This document shows, one piece after another, positions 1-12,553 of a stretch of 64,000 nt of DNA; position 1 is the first letter of the stretch, and every line of letters begins with the position of its first letter. Made by a program: the position numbers and the translations under genes. The notes under the pieces were generated by a model. That model was not told the DNA's origin and did no database searches. It saw only the letters and a program-made list of their open reading frames with translations. Where the stretch lies: positions 11,852,698 to 11,916,697 of the forward strand of contig OZ037765.1 of the NCBI GenBank assembly GCA_964035545.1. The letters run 5' to 3'. This stretch comes from Bugula neritina. Lineage: Eukaryota > Animalia > Bryozoa.

Positions 1-3000
1 TAAATTTGAAGACTTCAGTATATCAATAGCTGGTGATGCTGTTTTATGAAGCTAAAAAAATTGTTAATGAGAACTTGACAGAATATTATGTTGACGAATG
101 CGATTATTTGAGTGTGTATAAATTTATGAATATTAAACCCATAACTTTACAATGATATTTTCATTGAATGCAAAAATATTTACTACTAATATGCATATGA
201 TAACTTTAACTTTTCTCAACATTAATAAAGATGCAGGGTTGTAGATGTAAACTTACAACTCTAGTTGAAATGTTGTACTCTCCACAAGAAAAAAAATCAT
301 GGACTACGTTGTTTTCATTACATGCTACGACCAAATTTCTGATAGGGATCCCCATTTTCTAAAATTTACAATATAAAACATGTTAACAAAAACTATTCAT
401 CAGGTAGAATAATGCATGTTTCACAGTAAAACATTGAGTAGAGCAAGTCAACAGCTGTTCTGCCAAGAGATTGCTGTTGAATCATAGAATAGAGATTATT
501 GGTTAAAATGAGTAGCACAATGACTGTGCTTTTGTGTATAACTTATGCGAACAATAAAATATGCCCATTGCATACTGATGTGGCTAAAATAGGTCTAAAA
601 TTTACTATCTACCTTCGCGTAGTATGCACCAAGAATGTTGCCAAAGTTTCCTGTAGGTACACATACATCAATTAGTTGTCCCATAGGTATGTGTCCATGT
701 TTTACCATTAGGAGGTAAGAAAATGCATGGTAAACAATCTGTGGTAAGAGGCGAGCAAAGTTGATGGAATTAGCAGAGCTGAAACATACCAAGACATTAA
801 GAAGTTGATAGTAGGTAAAATGGCAAGCCTGTTAGCTTTTTACTAGCCACTTCTTATGAAATAATGCTTGCAAAACATAAAATAAATTTGATTTTTTGGT
901 TTACTCAATGTAAAATTTTAGTTTAGTCTCTTCAAAGAGCAGACATAAATGTAAAAAACTATGAGCACCAATACTAGCAAAACTCTATTATATTTTTCTA
1001 AAACAATATTTATTCAACACAACAAGTTTCAAGTCAAAATTGAAATGAAGCACAATCCCATAAGGTTTTTATATTAAATAGCAGTGAAATTGAATGAAAG
1101 AAAATCGTACTAAAATGTTTTAATACTTAAGGACTATTAAACTCATACATACCTTAACCGATATCCAAACTTATCAGCATATAACGATTCTAATTCCTTA
1201 TTTTCAAATATGCTTTTTATAGCACTTTGACAAAAGTCAAAATCTCCTTTAATTCCTGCAAATGTAACCAAAAGTCATAAGAAAATGTCCCTATTTACAA
1301 ATATGGTATGACATTATAATACAAAAATAGTCGCACAATTTTAGGCATAAATATTTACCATTGGCATAAAAATGAGAAGTGCACCTATCAATAGTTGTCA
1401 AGTGCCCCTATTTACTGCAATACTATTTTCATCTTATAAAAGCATAACTAGCTTTGAAGTAGGTGTTTTACATGAACAGTGATTAGTGTATAGCCAGTTG
1501 GGAAAGATAACATTAATTAGTCACTATACAAATAATTGGTAAAATTCTTGTAATAATTAGCTTCAAGGTAAAAAACTACAAGTAATTAACCACATACCAC
1601 AGGTTTTTTTCTAAAAATTAATTTTTGCATCCTAATGGTTTATATTCAAGGATTCAGTTTAAAAAAAAATTGAAATTCATCGCGTCAAAACTCTATAAAC
1701 ACTCTGAAAAACATCTTGAGACTTGATACATACCTAAAGCCTTACAATTAGGATGATCGAAACTGGTTAATTGGGCTTTTTGAATAGAACTTATGCCATC
1801 TTCAGGAAATAGTACTATCACATCAGTGTTGTCTACAACAAAAGTTTGTGTTACAATTAACTGCAACTGTGCATCTAGTGGAGTTGTTCGTACAACTTTA
1901 GATAGATAGGATCACTCTGCAAACACTGCACTTCTATTGCTTTAAACTATGCAAATGAATTTTTCATTCGATGTTTGAGAAGAGTTGCATCGAATGAAAC
2001 CGCCAATCATAAGTTAATTCGAAAACCTCAACCACAAATCCATCCGCATGAGCATCTGTACAGATCCATTCGAAGCAATGGAAACACAGTAATAGTGTGG
2101 TGAAGTTATTTACAAGCCACATATTTTGCTCACCAGTATGTCTTGAGAAAGCGTTCATCACTGCTCCTCCTGTATCCCCAGAAGTGGCAACCAACACCAG
2201 TGACCTTAAATACCACAACGAAACATAAACACACTCATATCATGCACCTTTTAGTAAATGAAGAAAGCTTTAAGTAATGTCAGTATATTATTATGAGATC
2301 CTTAATACTTGTAGTCAACCTTAGAAGGCAAACCAGATACACATCTACTATGCAGAAATCAACTGGTTGTTATGATTAGGTCATGCAATGGAAGTCAGCA
2401 CAATAGTAAGCAGTTATTGCAGAGTTCAAAAAGCTATGGGCTATAGCACCTCCACTTTATCTTCTGCATAATGGAAAATGCTTTTAAGTCACATGCCAAA
2501 TTTTAGGCCTGCAATGAATGATTAACTTGTTCCCTACATGTTAGGCATTGTGTTTCTGTAAGCTTGTATTTCGTTGCATATTATTTTAATTCTCACTTTA
2601 AGGCATTCTTTTCCATTTTGGAGGCATAGTTAAATATTTTTGCAGTTAGTTGAAGGGCCATGTCTTTGAAAGAGGCTGTTGGCCCATGGAATAGCTCCAA
2701 CAAGTACTGGTTTCTTTCGAGTTCAATAACTGGGGAGACATCTTTGCTTGCAAACTCGTCCCCAGCATACGTTTCGTCAACAAATGAGCGCAATTTCTAC
2801 AAATAAATATCAATAGGATCCGTAAGTAGTCTTCTAAATGTGAAAACAGCAAATACATAAATTCCTAAGAATGCTAGTGTATATATTTTTATTTCTGACA
2901 CCCTATTTAAATAAAAGAGGTACTTTTTTTGAGAAAATACTAGGGTTTATTAACTACAAATAGTGGAGTTGAAATAGATAGAACTTCCTTGTCTAAAAAT

Positions 3001-6000
3001 TAAAGTAATGTAAAGATGACAATTATCACAAGCACTTATAATATATAAGGTACACAAACCGTCTGATGTATGTCATCCGATGATACCCATTGCTCTAATA
3101 TCCGCAAAGCACATTCATTATAAGGCAAATCTATGAGTCTTTGCCATTGACCGTGATTCATATAAGGATGAGCATAGCTTGCAACAAAAAGCCCTCCATC
3201 TGGTGCTAACCCTTGAATAGCTACGTTTAGAAAGTTATAGATCTTTGAGAAAGATTTATCTCGAGTTGAAATATAACCTACAACAACAGTAACGTCAACG
3301 TAAGCACACATATAACTAGCAACAGTGTAATTGGAATTTATCTTGCCGTTTAAATACCAAACAATGAAAATATGGTAAAACTGAAATATCTACATAAATA
3401 TGTTTAATAAATTGGAACTTTACCTTACCTGACTTAGCCTGAAAGTTTGTGTAAGCCTTATATACTTTCTCGGTAATCGATGAAACAGTGTCATTAGGTT
3501 CACATATAACTCTGATGTCATAGTGCTTTTCATAAAACTGTCTCCGACAATGCAATATATCTTCCATGTTAGCATCTAATTACCAGAATTTCTATTAGTT
3601 CTTAAACGAAATAGAGCTAGTAAAGTCTTTTAACTGAAAGTAAACTAAAAAATGAAAGCATAAAATAATGTTGAAACAGAGAGATGAGTGACTGAGCATG
3701 AAGTAAATGGCACTTGAAAACTTAAACTCTTAACAATATACAATGTGTACAACAGGGCACGAGATTGTAAAAAAAAATATATAAAGAAATTGATGTAATA
3801 TATTACATTGATTTCATTGCTTCAACACAAAGGTAGAACGATAAAGAATGAAAGTTAGGTAAATAAAATTACCTTCATTGAATCCCACAATCCTATTGAC
3901 CTTCATAGCCGACAGTCGATTCAGAATATCATTTTCATAAACATCCAGATATATGATAACTCCTACATGTTTACAAAACGCACTCAATATTAATTCTGCA
4001 TGAGCTCCATGGCAAACTCATCTTCCTCACAAGTGCAATCTATTTCAATGGCTACAAAACTATAACAATACCTCATAAGCATGTTGACTCTACCAAACTA
4101 AATTACATCATTGTAAATTCAACTGTAGATGCAAATCAAGCACCTCGACATCTTATAATGGCGGAATGCTTGACATGGATACCAAACAGAAGTCCAGGCT
4201 AAAGATTAATGTGCACCAACCTGGTATCAGAGAGGTGATTTTATAGCACATACCTAATCTTTTGGCATGAGCCATTGCATCATCATTTATTGGTTGAGAA
4301 CCTGTTAATGCCACAACAGTTGTGACTGGCTTAAACTCCAAAAATACCTGAGCTTCCAATTCTAAAAATGCTTTGTCTCCAACTTCTGCCAACTGCAAAT
4401 GAAAAAAGTTTGAAATGTATCTAAGAGAGATCTATGTAGTCTGTGAATACCACTACCACAGGTGAGTAAATGGAAAAACAAAGTAAATGCATATACTCAT
4501 TTTACAAGGAAGCAGCCGTGGTCTAGGGGTTAGAGCGCTTGCCTAGTAAACACTAGGGCTTGAATTCGAGCCCAGACAAAGGCCATTGGTGATGTTAGTA
4601 GAGCATCCAGCCATAAATGCTCCTGTGCCTCATTTAAATAAGTCCTTATACACTTTAACAAAAAACCTTTCCATCAGATGTTTTCTCAAAGGGATAGCGA
4701 CCATAAACTTGCGTGAGTTTAAATATTCATTTTACATTGGTTGAAGTATCCTGATAAAACTATTAGTGGGGGTGCCAACATGCAAAAATGGGCGGGTGGA
4801 GCACATCAATACTAACCTTTGTTGCTATATATCACTGCAAAGCCAACATTCTACTGATCTCAGATCTGCGAGTACCTTTTTTGTATCTGGGGGGGTTCTC
4901 TCGTGAGAGGGGTGGATATACAGGGTTCAGCATTTTTCAAGGGGGGACTATGGAACTCTAAATATTTAATTTTCTGAGTAGTTTAAGTTTGACATTAAAA
5001 ATATTTTCAAGGAATGTTATACACATATGAAACTTTCTCTAACAAAAGTTTGGACCAAAAATAAAAAAGTGGGCGGAGCCTATAATATGACAAACTACAT
5101 TTTTGCATATGCCGGATATTCTCTAAACTGCTACTTTTCTGTTCTAGCATTTAGAATGTTGATTTTTGGTATGAAAATACTCTATTGTGTTCTAATAATG
5201 CTCTCCGATTTTCATTACGTTCTGAACTATATAACATCTTTCCCAACCATGACAAATAAAAAACATAAAACGGGAGTTATCTCCTCCGTTAAAAATTATT
5301 GCATTTCTACCCAATAATATTGCTCTTTGTTGATAGGAACAACATCAGCATGATAAAAATGTATTCTTAGCGTATTTATATTAGCTTATTGACTTATTTT
5401 CAATCATTGATTACGATCAATACTATTGAGTATTAATATTCAATATTTACTGTATAAATTGAGTGTCAGCAATAATTAACAGACCACTAATATTCGATTT
5501 TTTTATCCATAAGTATAGTAACATAAAATATGGCTCATAAAAAAGTAATATTATGATTTCAGCATCACAAGCAATTACTATGCTCTTTTATATCAGATAT
5601 TGGTAGACATTTGTAATTGTATTTATTTATAAATAAGATAGTATTTAAAATTTTAATTTACAATAGATCAAGCTTTATTACAAAGTTTTGTTATCTCTAG
5701 CGTTTATATACCAAATTAAATATATTATAACTCTTCATCAGAACTGTGTTTGTTGCCATCATCATCATAATCAGGCTCTTTGTTTGAAAAAGAAGACTGG
5801 CCACTTTCGTTGTTGCAATCGAAACATTCACATAAACCACAGCATTTCATCATCAGGCGCTTGCATTTGCATGCTTTACTCTTACAGCCTGCTTTTTTGC
5901 ATTTACATGCTGTTAAAATCACATCTGCGTTGCTCTCAAAATCATATTTTATTGGAGTCAAGTTGGTATCCCAACCATGGTCAAAAATTGGCTGATGAAG

Positions 6001-9000
6001 TAAAATAGGTGTAAAAGAAAGTTGCCAAAGTGTAACTTGATAATTGGCTCGTTTTACGTGATATTCTAGGGAATTCCTACTAGGTGGTAGCTGTGCTTCA
6101 CTGGAGACATTTTTTAAAGCCAATATTTTATATCTTGCTTCAGTAATATCATCATAGGCACCATATAGGTTGGAGACAAATCATTCACACTCTAAGTATG
6201 TTTCTTCTGATACTGGGGACCAATCATTAGAACCTAAAGACAGATTATAGCTTTCCTTTTCAAGTACCTCCAAAGCACGCTTTTTAGATATTCGGAAGAT
6301 AGAACTTACTGAGTCACAACCTGTAAGTGCATGGAGTGATAATAGATTCTTGAGAACTTTTTGTAGATTTTTTTGGCTGATTCAAAAAGAGACATATATC
6401 TTCTGTGACTCCCCATTCCAACGAAGATTACTACATCTTTATTAGCCTGCTCAGTTAAAACATTACTAAGATGATGTTAAGCGCAATAATAGCAACATTG
6501 GTATCTACTGATCTTATTACTACCAAATCGTAATCACTCAGTGCATCAGCTGCATGAAGGATTAATCTCAAGTCTGCTTCATCATGATTGGATTTCAATT
6601 TGTTACAATTTTAACGATAATGGTTTTGCAGAACACAGACTTCTTTGGCGCTACACACTAAAAATGTACCAGCTGGAATTTTCTCAATATGTCTTCTCCA
6701 TGCACCTTCACTATGTAATCTACCAACTCATTTTTGTTGTGAATATTGCTCAGAAAAGCACTCCAGTTTTTAGGAACAGGCAGGTTGTTATGAATAATGG
6801 AAATAGAGCACATCTATTGGGCACCCCGTCTAATACGCTCTTGTGCTTTAATTGATGTTTCAGAATACACGTCAAACACTACATCAACCTTTGTATATCC
6901 TTTGCCACATTCAAGAAATATTTCCAACATCTTCAGAGCATAGCTATAAAAAGTGCCTGATGTTTTTGTCGAGTGAAGTATGCACATACCATCAATAATG
7001 ATCGATTTGTTGGTGGACAGTTGACTATCATCATTGGAGACCCTGTTTCCAAGATATTTCTGTTCCAAAATATGCATTAGTTGCAATTTGCATGTTTTTC
7101 TCATCTGTCCGTTTTCAGTAAATAGAGCAAGAGGAATGGGACCAATTTTTTTCTCTAGAACTGTATGCAAATCTTTGGCACTTTTGGCACTTATGAGAAG
7201 TTTAGCAAATGATATTTTAGGAACATTTGGTTTAATGGCCGGTTGAAGTGATTTAGCCACAAAGTCAAAGGAAGGGATTTTAAGCCGGTGAATAGCAGTG
7301 TAAAATGGTTTTATTGTATTCAAAAGTCTATCTTGAAAAAACTTTTGAGCCATAGCAGTCACTATTGACAAGAAGGTCTCCGCATCGGGACTTACTCCAG
7401 TAGCAATATTAATAAGTTCAGTTGAAGTATTGCTAAACAACTTAACATCAAACTGCTGCAATGTAAAAAGAATTGCTTGTGTATCAATCTCATCCGTCAT
7501 AGTTGTAATGATTGTGTATTCCTTGTGTAGTGTTGATGACTGTGAGGCTATTTGGCAAAAATCCTTTTGCAAAGAAAGCAGTTGGGCTCTGATATGACTA
7601 GTTAAGAATCATTTTGTCCGAGCTTCTTCATGGTTGCTAATGCCAATAATGCCTCCAGATGTTTTACTGTCTCGGTTCAAAGTTTGCTCCAAGACTTGAT
7701 CTGGAGCCATACCTGCAATTTTTTTCCTGTCCTGTTTACGGTGAATGAACCCTTTGCAAACATTCCATAAACTTCTGGAGTAGATTCAGGCAAATTTAGC
7801 ATATCAATAAGGTATATAGGCAGCCACCTTGAGTAGTTTGTGCGATCATATGCAAAAAATACTGGTAGCATTGCCTGCATACTGTCCAAATATAATTGCC
7901 AGTTGCCACTACGCTCAGCTCGAATAAATCCCAACATGGCTTCTACTGCATGAAGGTAGGAATTCCAGAACATTGAAAGGTTAGATTTTAATTTAGTGTC
8001 AGAATCAAACTTTTTTATAGCAGTAGCAACTTTATCTGCAACAGTGGTCCATTCACGCAAGTTATCGTCAATAGAAATACGTATTATGAGACTCTAATGG
8101 GTCAAACTGATCATTTTATTGAAGCCGTTCCGAAAGAAATTTTAGTTTCTGCCTTGATATTGCCTCATACAAAATCTTGTGTGCCCGTACACCTCTGTTA
8201 TTATGCTTACCACATAGCACCTGTTTCACTGTAACTTCAGAATATATATCACTGTGTACAAGAACTTGGGCGAGGCCGCTTGATTTTACCATTTTGCCAA
8301 GTGCTGCCATGTAATTCATCAAGATATGAAAACCGCCCATTCGAATTATTGTGTTTGAAAATTCAGTTGGTTTGTTCCATTGAATCTCTTTGGCCATCTT
8401 GTAGATAGCTTGGTCAAATGTAATTACTGAATGTTTCTGATTTAAAACTTTCATAGTTTTCTTTAGCTGCAGAAGGATTGTATAAATTGTTGATGGATCT
8501 GTTGATGGTGCATTAATCATTGGGCAATACCCAATGACTGATCTTTTATTAGCTTCTGTGGCAACCAAATTTCTTACATTAAAGCTACTCCAGCTGGGGC
8601 AGTTATGTGTAGAAGGACTTATATCCAATTGAAATAGTTTGATTGGGGCAAGTCTTGCCAATAGCCATGCTGTATTTAGATTACATGAATCCTCAAGTGA
8701 CTTTTTCATATTCAGCAATGTCTCTTGACTAAGTTTTGTGATAAAATATGATTTTGAGAGCAACGCAGATGTGATTTTAACAGCATGTAAATGCAAAAAA
8801 GCAGGCTGTAAGAGTAAAGCATGCAAATGCAAGCGCCTGATGATGAAATGCTGTGGTTTATGTGAATGTTTCGATTGCAACAACGAAAGTGGCCAGTCTT
8901 CTTTTTCAAACAAAGAGCCTGATTATGATGATGATGGCAACAAACACAGTTCTGATGAAGAGTTATAATATATTTAATTTGGTATATAAACGCTAGAGAT

Positions 9001-9947
9001 AACAAAACTTTGTAATAAAGCTTGATCTATTGTAAATTAAAATTTTAAATACTATCTTATTTATAAATAAATACAATTACAAATGTCTACCAATATCTGA
9101 TATAAAAGAGCATAGTAATTGCTTGTGATGCTGAAATCATAATATTACTTTTTTATGAACCATATTTTATGTTACTATACTTATGGATAAAAAAATCGAA
9201 TATTAGTGGTCTGTTAATTATTGCTGACACTCAATTTATACAGTAAATATTGAATATTAATACTCAATAGTATTGATCGTAATCAATGATTCAAAATAAG
9301 TCAATAAGCTAATATAAATACGCTAAGAATACATTTTTATCATGCTGATGTTGTTCCTATCAACAAAGAGCAATATTATTGGGTAGAAATGCAATAATTT
9401 TTAACGGAGGAGATAACTCCCGTTTTATGTTTTTTATTTGTCATGGTTGGGAAAGATGTTATATAGTTCAGAACGTAATGAAAATCGGAGAGCATTATTA
9501 GAACACAATAGAGTATTTTCATACCAAAAATCAACATTCTAAATGCTAGAACAGAAAAGTAGCAGTTTAGAGAATATCCGGTATATGCAAAAAAGTAGTT
9601 TGTCATATTATAGGCTCCGCCCACTTTTTTATTTTTGGTCCAAACTTTTGTTAGAGAAAGTTTCATATGTGTATAACATTCCTTGAAAATATTTTTAATG
9701 TCAAACTTAAACTACTCAGAAAATTAAATATTTAGAGTTCCAAAGTCCCCCCTTGAAAAATGCTGAACCCCTGTATATCCACCCCTCTCACGAGAGAACC
9801 CCCCCCAGATACAAAAAAAAAGGTACTCGCAGATCTGAGATCAGTAGAATGTTGGCTTTGCAGTGATATATAGCAACAAAGGTTAGTATTGATGTGCTCC
9901 ACCCGCCCATTTTTGCATGTTGGCACCCCCACTATATGCCACAAACT

Positions 9948-10028
<81 letters not shown>

Positions 10029-10657
10029 ATTATACATGTACACAATACACATATACATAATATAGTACATTAATGATGAAACTGTTTTAAAAGCTAAAAC
10101 GTAAAACTGAACCTTTTTAGACACTGGCATGTTCCAATATGGTTCTAAAACATCATCATCAATGTCAGCCATTTTCATGCCTAAACGTTGAGCTAAAGGT
10201 TTCACCACAGAAGATTTTCCAGCTCCAGGACAGCCCATTAAAAAGATATTATTCTGTAAACAAGAACGGAGGCAATCTATCAGCTCATTAAAATACATTG
10301 CATATATATTTCACACATTTCAACAACGAAATAAAATTGAAAGAAGTTTCGACAAGTTTATGAGAGTATCATGCATTGAATCATGAATAAACAGAAGTGG
10401 TACTGACAGCAAATATGACTTTGCACACAAAAATAAGAGAAAAAAAAGATTATTTAATAAAACAACATTTTATTCTAATGAAATTATTTATTTCTCACGC
10501 TGCTTTTAATTTTTTCTGGTGTACTGGCAAGATTTTCAGACATGTGCATCGAAGCAATATGACATCTTTGATAGAATTGGCGATGTTGATGCTTGTATAG
10601 CTTTCGAGTTATTGCTGGGAAAAACCTTGCGATAGAAAATCCTGTACATGGAGCCAT
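1..10657 (-). CDS. THNSL1: Threonine synthase-like 1 (N-terminal shikimate-kinase-like P-loop domain fused to PLP-dependent threonine synthase domain); multi-exon, 3' end beyond window
   Basis: Hand-spliced GT-AG exons (minus): 10657-10499 (MAPCTGFSIARFFPAITRKLYK..., Arg/Lys-rich, mitochondrial-presequence-like), 10253-10113 (NIFLMGCPGAGKS Walker A), 4392-4254, 3962-3873, 3575-3429, 3277-3060 (QGLAPDGGLFV), 2796-2597 (LELFHGPTASFKD, PLP-lysine motif), 2204-2134 (VATSGDTGGA), 1832-1734, 1255-1153, 778-613 (SANSINFARLLPQ...VPTGNFGN), 358-257, 51-<1 (SPAIDILKSSNL). Confidence 0.92.
4511..4720 (+). mobile_element. tRNA-derived SINE (degenerate), intronic
   Basis: Pol III A-box-like TGGTCTAGGGG (~4518) and B-box-like GAATTCGAGCC (~4562), followed by a non-tRNA body (..gagcatccagccataaa..); no clean cloverleaf. 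Confidence 0.55.
4764..5952. repeat. Left arm of ~1.19-kb near-perfect inverted repeat
   Basis: Reverse complement of 8741-9934. Mirror ORFs 5027-5317(+)/9376-9666(-) and 5688-6008(+)/8712-9005(-) are near-identical over the shared arm. Confidence 0.95.
5725..8740 (-). pseudogene. Academ transposase (DDE + XPG-like nuclease + Cys8 finger), 5'-truncated, with stops and frameshifts
   Basis: Collinear ORF pieces 8116-8740, 7677-8060, 6814-7572 and 5725-6123 (LPPSRNSLEYHVKRANYQ...CKCKKAGCKSKACKCKRLMMKCCGLCECFDCNN). Confidence 0.85.
8741..9934. repeat. Right arm of ~1.19-kb inverted repeat (inverted copy of the element's 3' end, including Cys-finger codons)
   Basis: ORF 8738-8968(+) repeats the last ~75 aa of 5725-6123(-); identity stops abruptly at 8741/5952. 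Confidence 0.95.
9947..10023. repeat. (TA)n microsatellite
   Basis: Run of ~35 TA units. Confidence 0.95.
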
Positions 10658-11169
10658 GATGAATTCAATAATATCTTCTTTAACTTAATAACTGCTTTAT
10701 CCTGATAGTTCCAACACAATTGCTGCAACAAAAAATAACTGAAGATAAATTATTACCACACAACACAAACCCCAGATTAGTCAAGTAAGACGATGTCAGA
10801 ATAACATGTACATAGGCCTACACGTAGCTTTCTCTTGCATAGAAAAATAAAAAAACATGACTTAATGCAAATAACAATATTCATAGCCTCCGGTATACCA
10901 ATGAGTAAAAATGTATGGCCTATAAAAAGCGTGAAGACTGTACTTTGAAGTGCTAGGAAATTTTAAAAGTTTGCTTCGTGTTCAAATTACAATGCCAGTT
11001 TTTAGTCCTTTTTTGAGCTACGTGAAATACCTAGTAAAATTACTCCCACATTGATAATTATACTATGAATCATTCAACTTCAAACCGGTAGGACATCAAA
11101 CTGCTTCTATAGGACACTGAGGCAGTAAGTCCTGAAGTGCCCGGAGTCTTATAAGTATCAAAAATACTT

Positions 11170-11440
11170 ATACAGCATGAAATTATTAGCACCAAAACTA
11201 TTGGTAGATGGCCCAAACCGACCTGAGGAGTGAAAAATTTTCAAGAGAATTTCAACTTTTCTTGACTGCCACCGCGAAGGATACTGCCGAAAGCAGAGAA
11301 AAGAGTGCACATTTACTACGGACTATTGGCGCAGCGGCAGTCAAATATATGGATCATTTAACAGGACTGACAAGAATGATGAAACTGACTACAAGAAGGT
11401 ACTTGAGCAATTGGATGAGTAATGCAAGCCAAGAATAAAA
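11170..11440 (+). pseudogene. Gypsy-type gag N-terminal fragment
   Basis: REFQLFLTATAKDTAESREKSAHLLRTIGAAAVKY resembles the N-terminus of metazoan Ty3/Gypsy gag; frameshifted. Confidence 0.5.
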
Positions 11441-11799
11441 TGGGTAACTAAAACTGACTCCTTTACTGACAAGTTGTAAACAGGAGATTACAATCATTGA
11501 CAAAATTTTGACTAAACTACATTTTGTGGTAAATTTCAGAGTTACCTCCCCTGTTTCTACATGCCACTTCAAGAACATCAACTCATATCTTAACGATAGT
11601 ATATTATTTATCCACCGATTAGGAATCCCATTTTCCCCCCTATTCTTTGCATAATACCCACATACTTGGTTAAGGTCAATTTTGCTAATTCATGTAAACC
11701 CACAGTTGATCGAGTTTCGGCACGCCGCGGCCGACATGACGAGTGTCGGTTTCCGATATTCGGAATGTCGGCATGCCCTGCCGAACTTCGGCTGGCCCA

Positions 11800-11995
11800 G
11801 CAATAACAAAAAGATATGTTTTATGAGATCTGCTATCAAACTCCATATTAAACTAGCTGTGACCCTGCACAGCTTGGCAGTAGGGGCAAGTTTACCATCG
11901 ATAGCGTTCCATTACAGACTAGGAAAACCAACAGTTCGTGGGATAGTAAACGACACGTGCAAAACACTGTATGAAGCACTGCAGCCACGATTAAA
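11800..11995 (+). pseudogene. Harbinger/PIF transposase fragment
   Basis: MRSAIKLHIKLAVTLHSLAVGASLPSIAFHYRLGKPTVRGIVNDTCKTLYEALQP matches the HARBI1-type HTH region. Confidence 0.75.
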
Positions 11996-12553
11996 GACAC
12001 AAAAACAGTAAAAAAAACAATTGGGATGTTTAGTGAGGTTTGTCTGACGAAACTGCAAAAGAGTGGGATGGTAAGAATGAAATTGTCATCACCATACACA
12101 TTTTTTGTTAAAAATAGCAAAAGAGAGAGTTTTAATAATCAGTTGACAATGATTGCCTGACCGCAACAGGTAGGTGGTAAAACCCATAAACCTTCCGTAA
12201 TTCAGTAAGTGAAGTTACTACAGTATTTTATAATTCATCATATTAGTTCAACCAAGTCTACCTCAGCGGATGAGGTGACTCTTGAAACAAAAAGAGAGAC
12301 CATGAACCGTGCTTGTGAATAAATACTATGATCAACATTTACCTTTTTGGTGTTGAGCAGAACTTCTTTTTTTTACTTGAAAAAATCCGCAACTCTTCCT
12401 TGTGCTATGGTGATACTGATGAGTGAACACCTGAGATTTTTCATATCTCGTTGGTACAGCGAATTAATGAGAACAATCGAAATGCTAATGGAGGTAGACA
12501 TTGCCGAATATGGAAAATTCATTTGAAGACTTATGTAATCTAAATACAGCATG

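Larger units (their letters stand above)
4764..9934 (-). mobile_element. Academ (AcademX-type) DNA transposon, fold-back derivative, in a THNSL1 intron
   Basis: Termini TAGTGGGGG...CCCCCACTA, 3-bp TSD TAT (4761-4763 and 9935-9937). Internal transposase has Academ-like motifs (VITFDQAIYK, MGGFH, FIRAERSGNW, FFAYDRTNYSRW), XPG/PIN-like motifs (IIIDGM, VDVVFDVY, LHALTGCDS) and a C-terminal Cys-rich finger. Confidence 0.85.

Noticed and set aside
4511-4590. Functional tRNA gene
   Set aside because: B box is degenerate, acceptor stem pairing is poor and there is no T-run terminator; SINE-like continuation.
8116-8913. 265-aa ORF as a real protein
   Set aside because: Chimeric: its first ~57 residues are the antisense reading of the inverted arm, joined to transposase at 8740.
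4764-9934. CACTA/EnSpm classification
   Set aside because: The element starts TAGTG and ends CACTA, the reverse of CACTA elements; the XPG-like and Cys-finger domains and TAG..CTA ends fit Academ.
1-10657. Horizontal transfer of bacterial aroK/thrC
   Set aside because: Intron-rich gene matching the known metazoan THNSL1 architecture.
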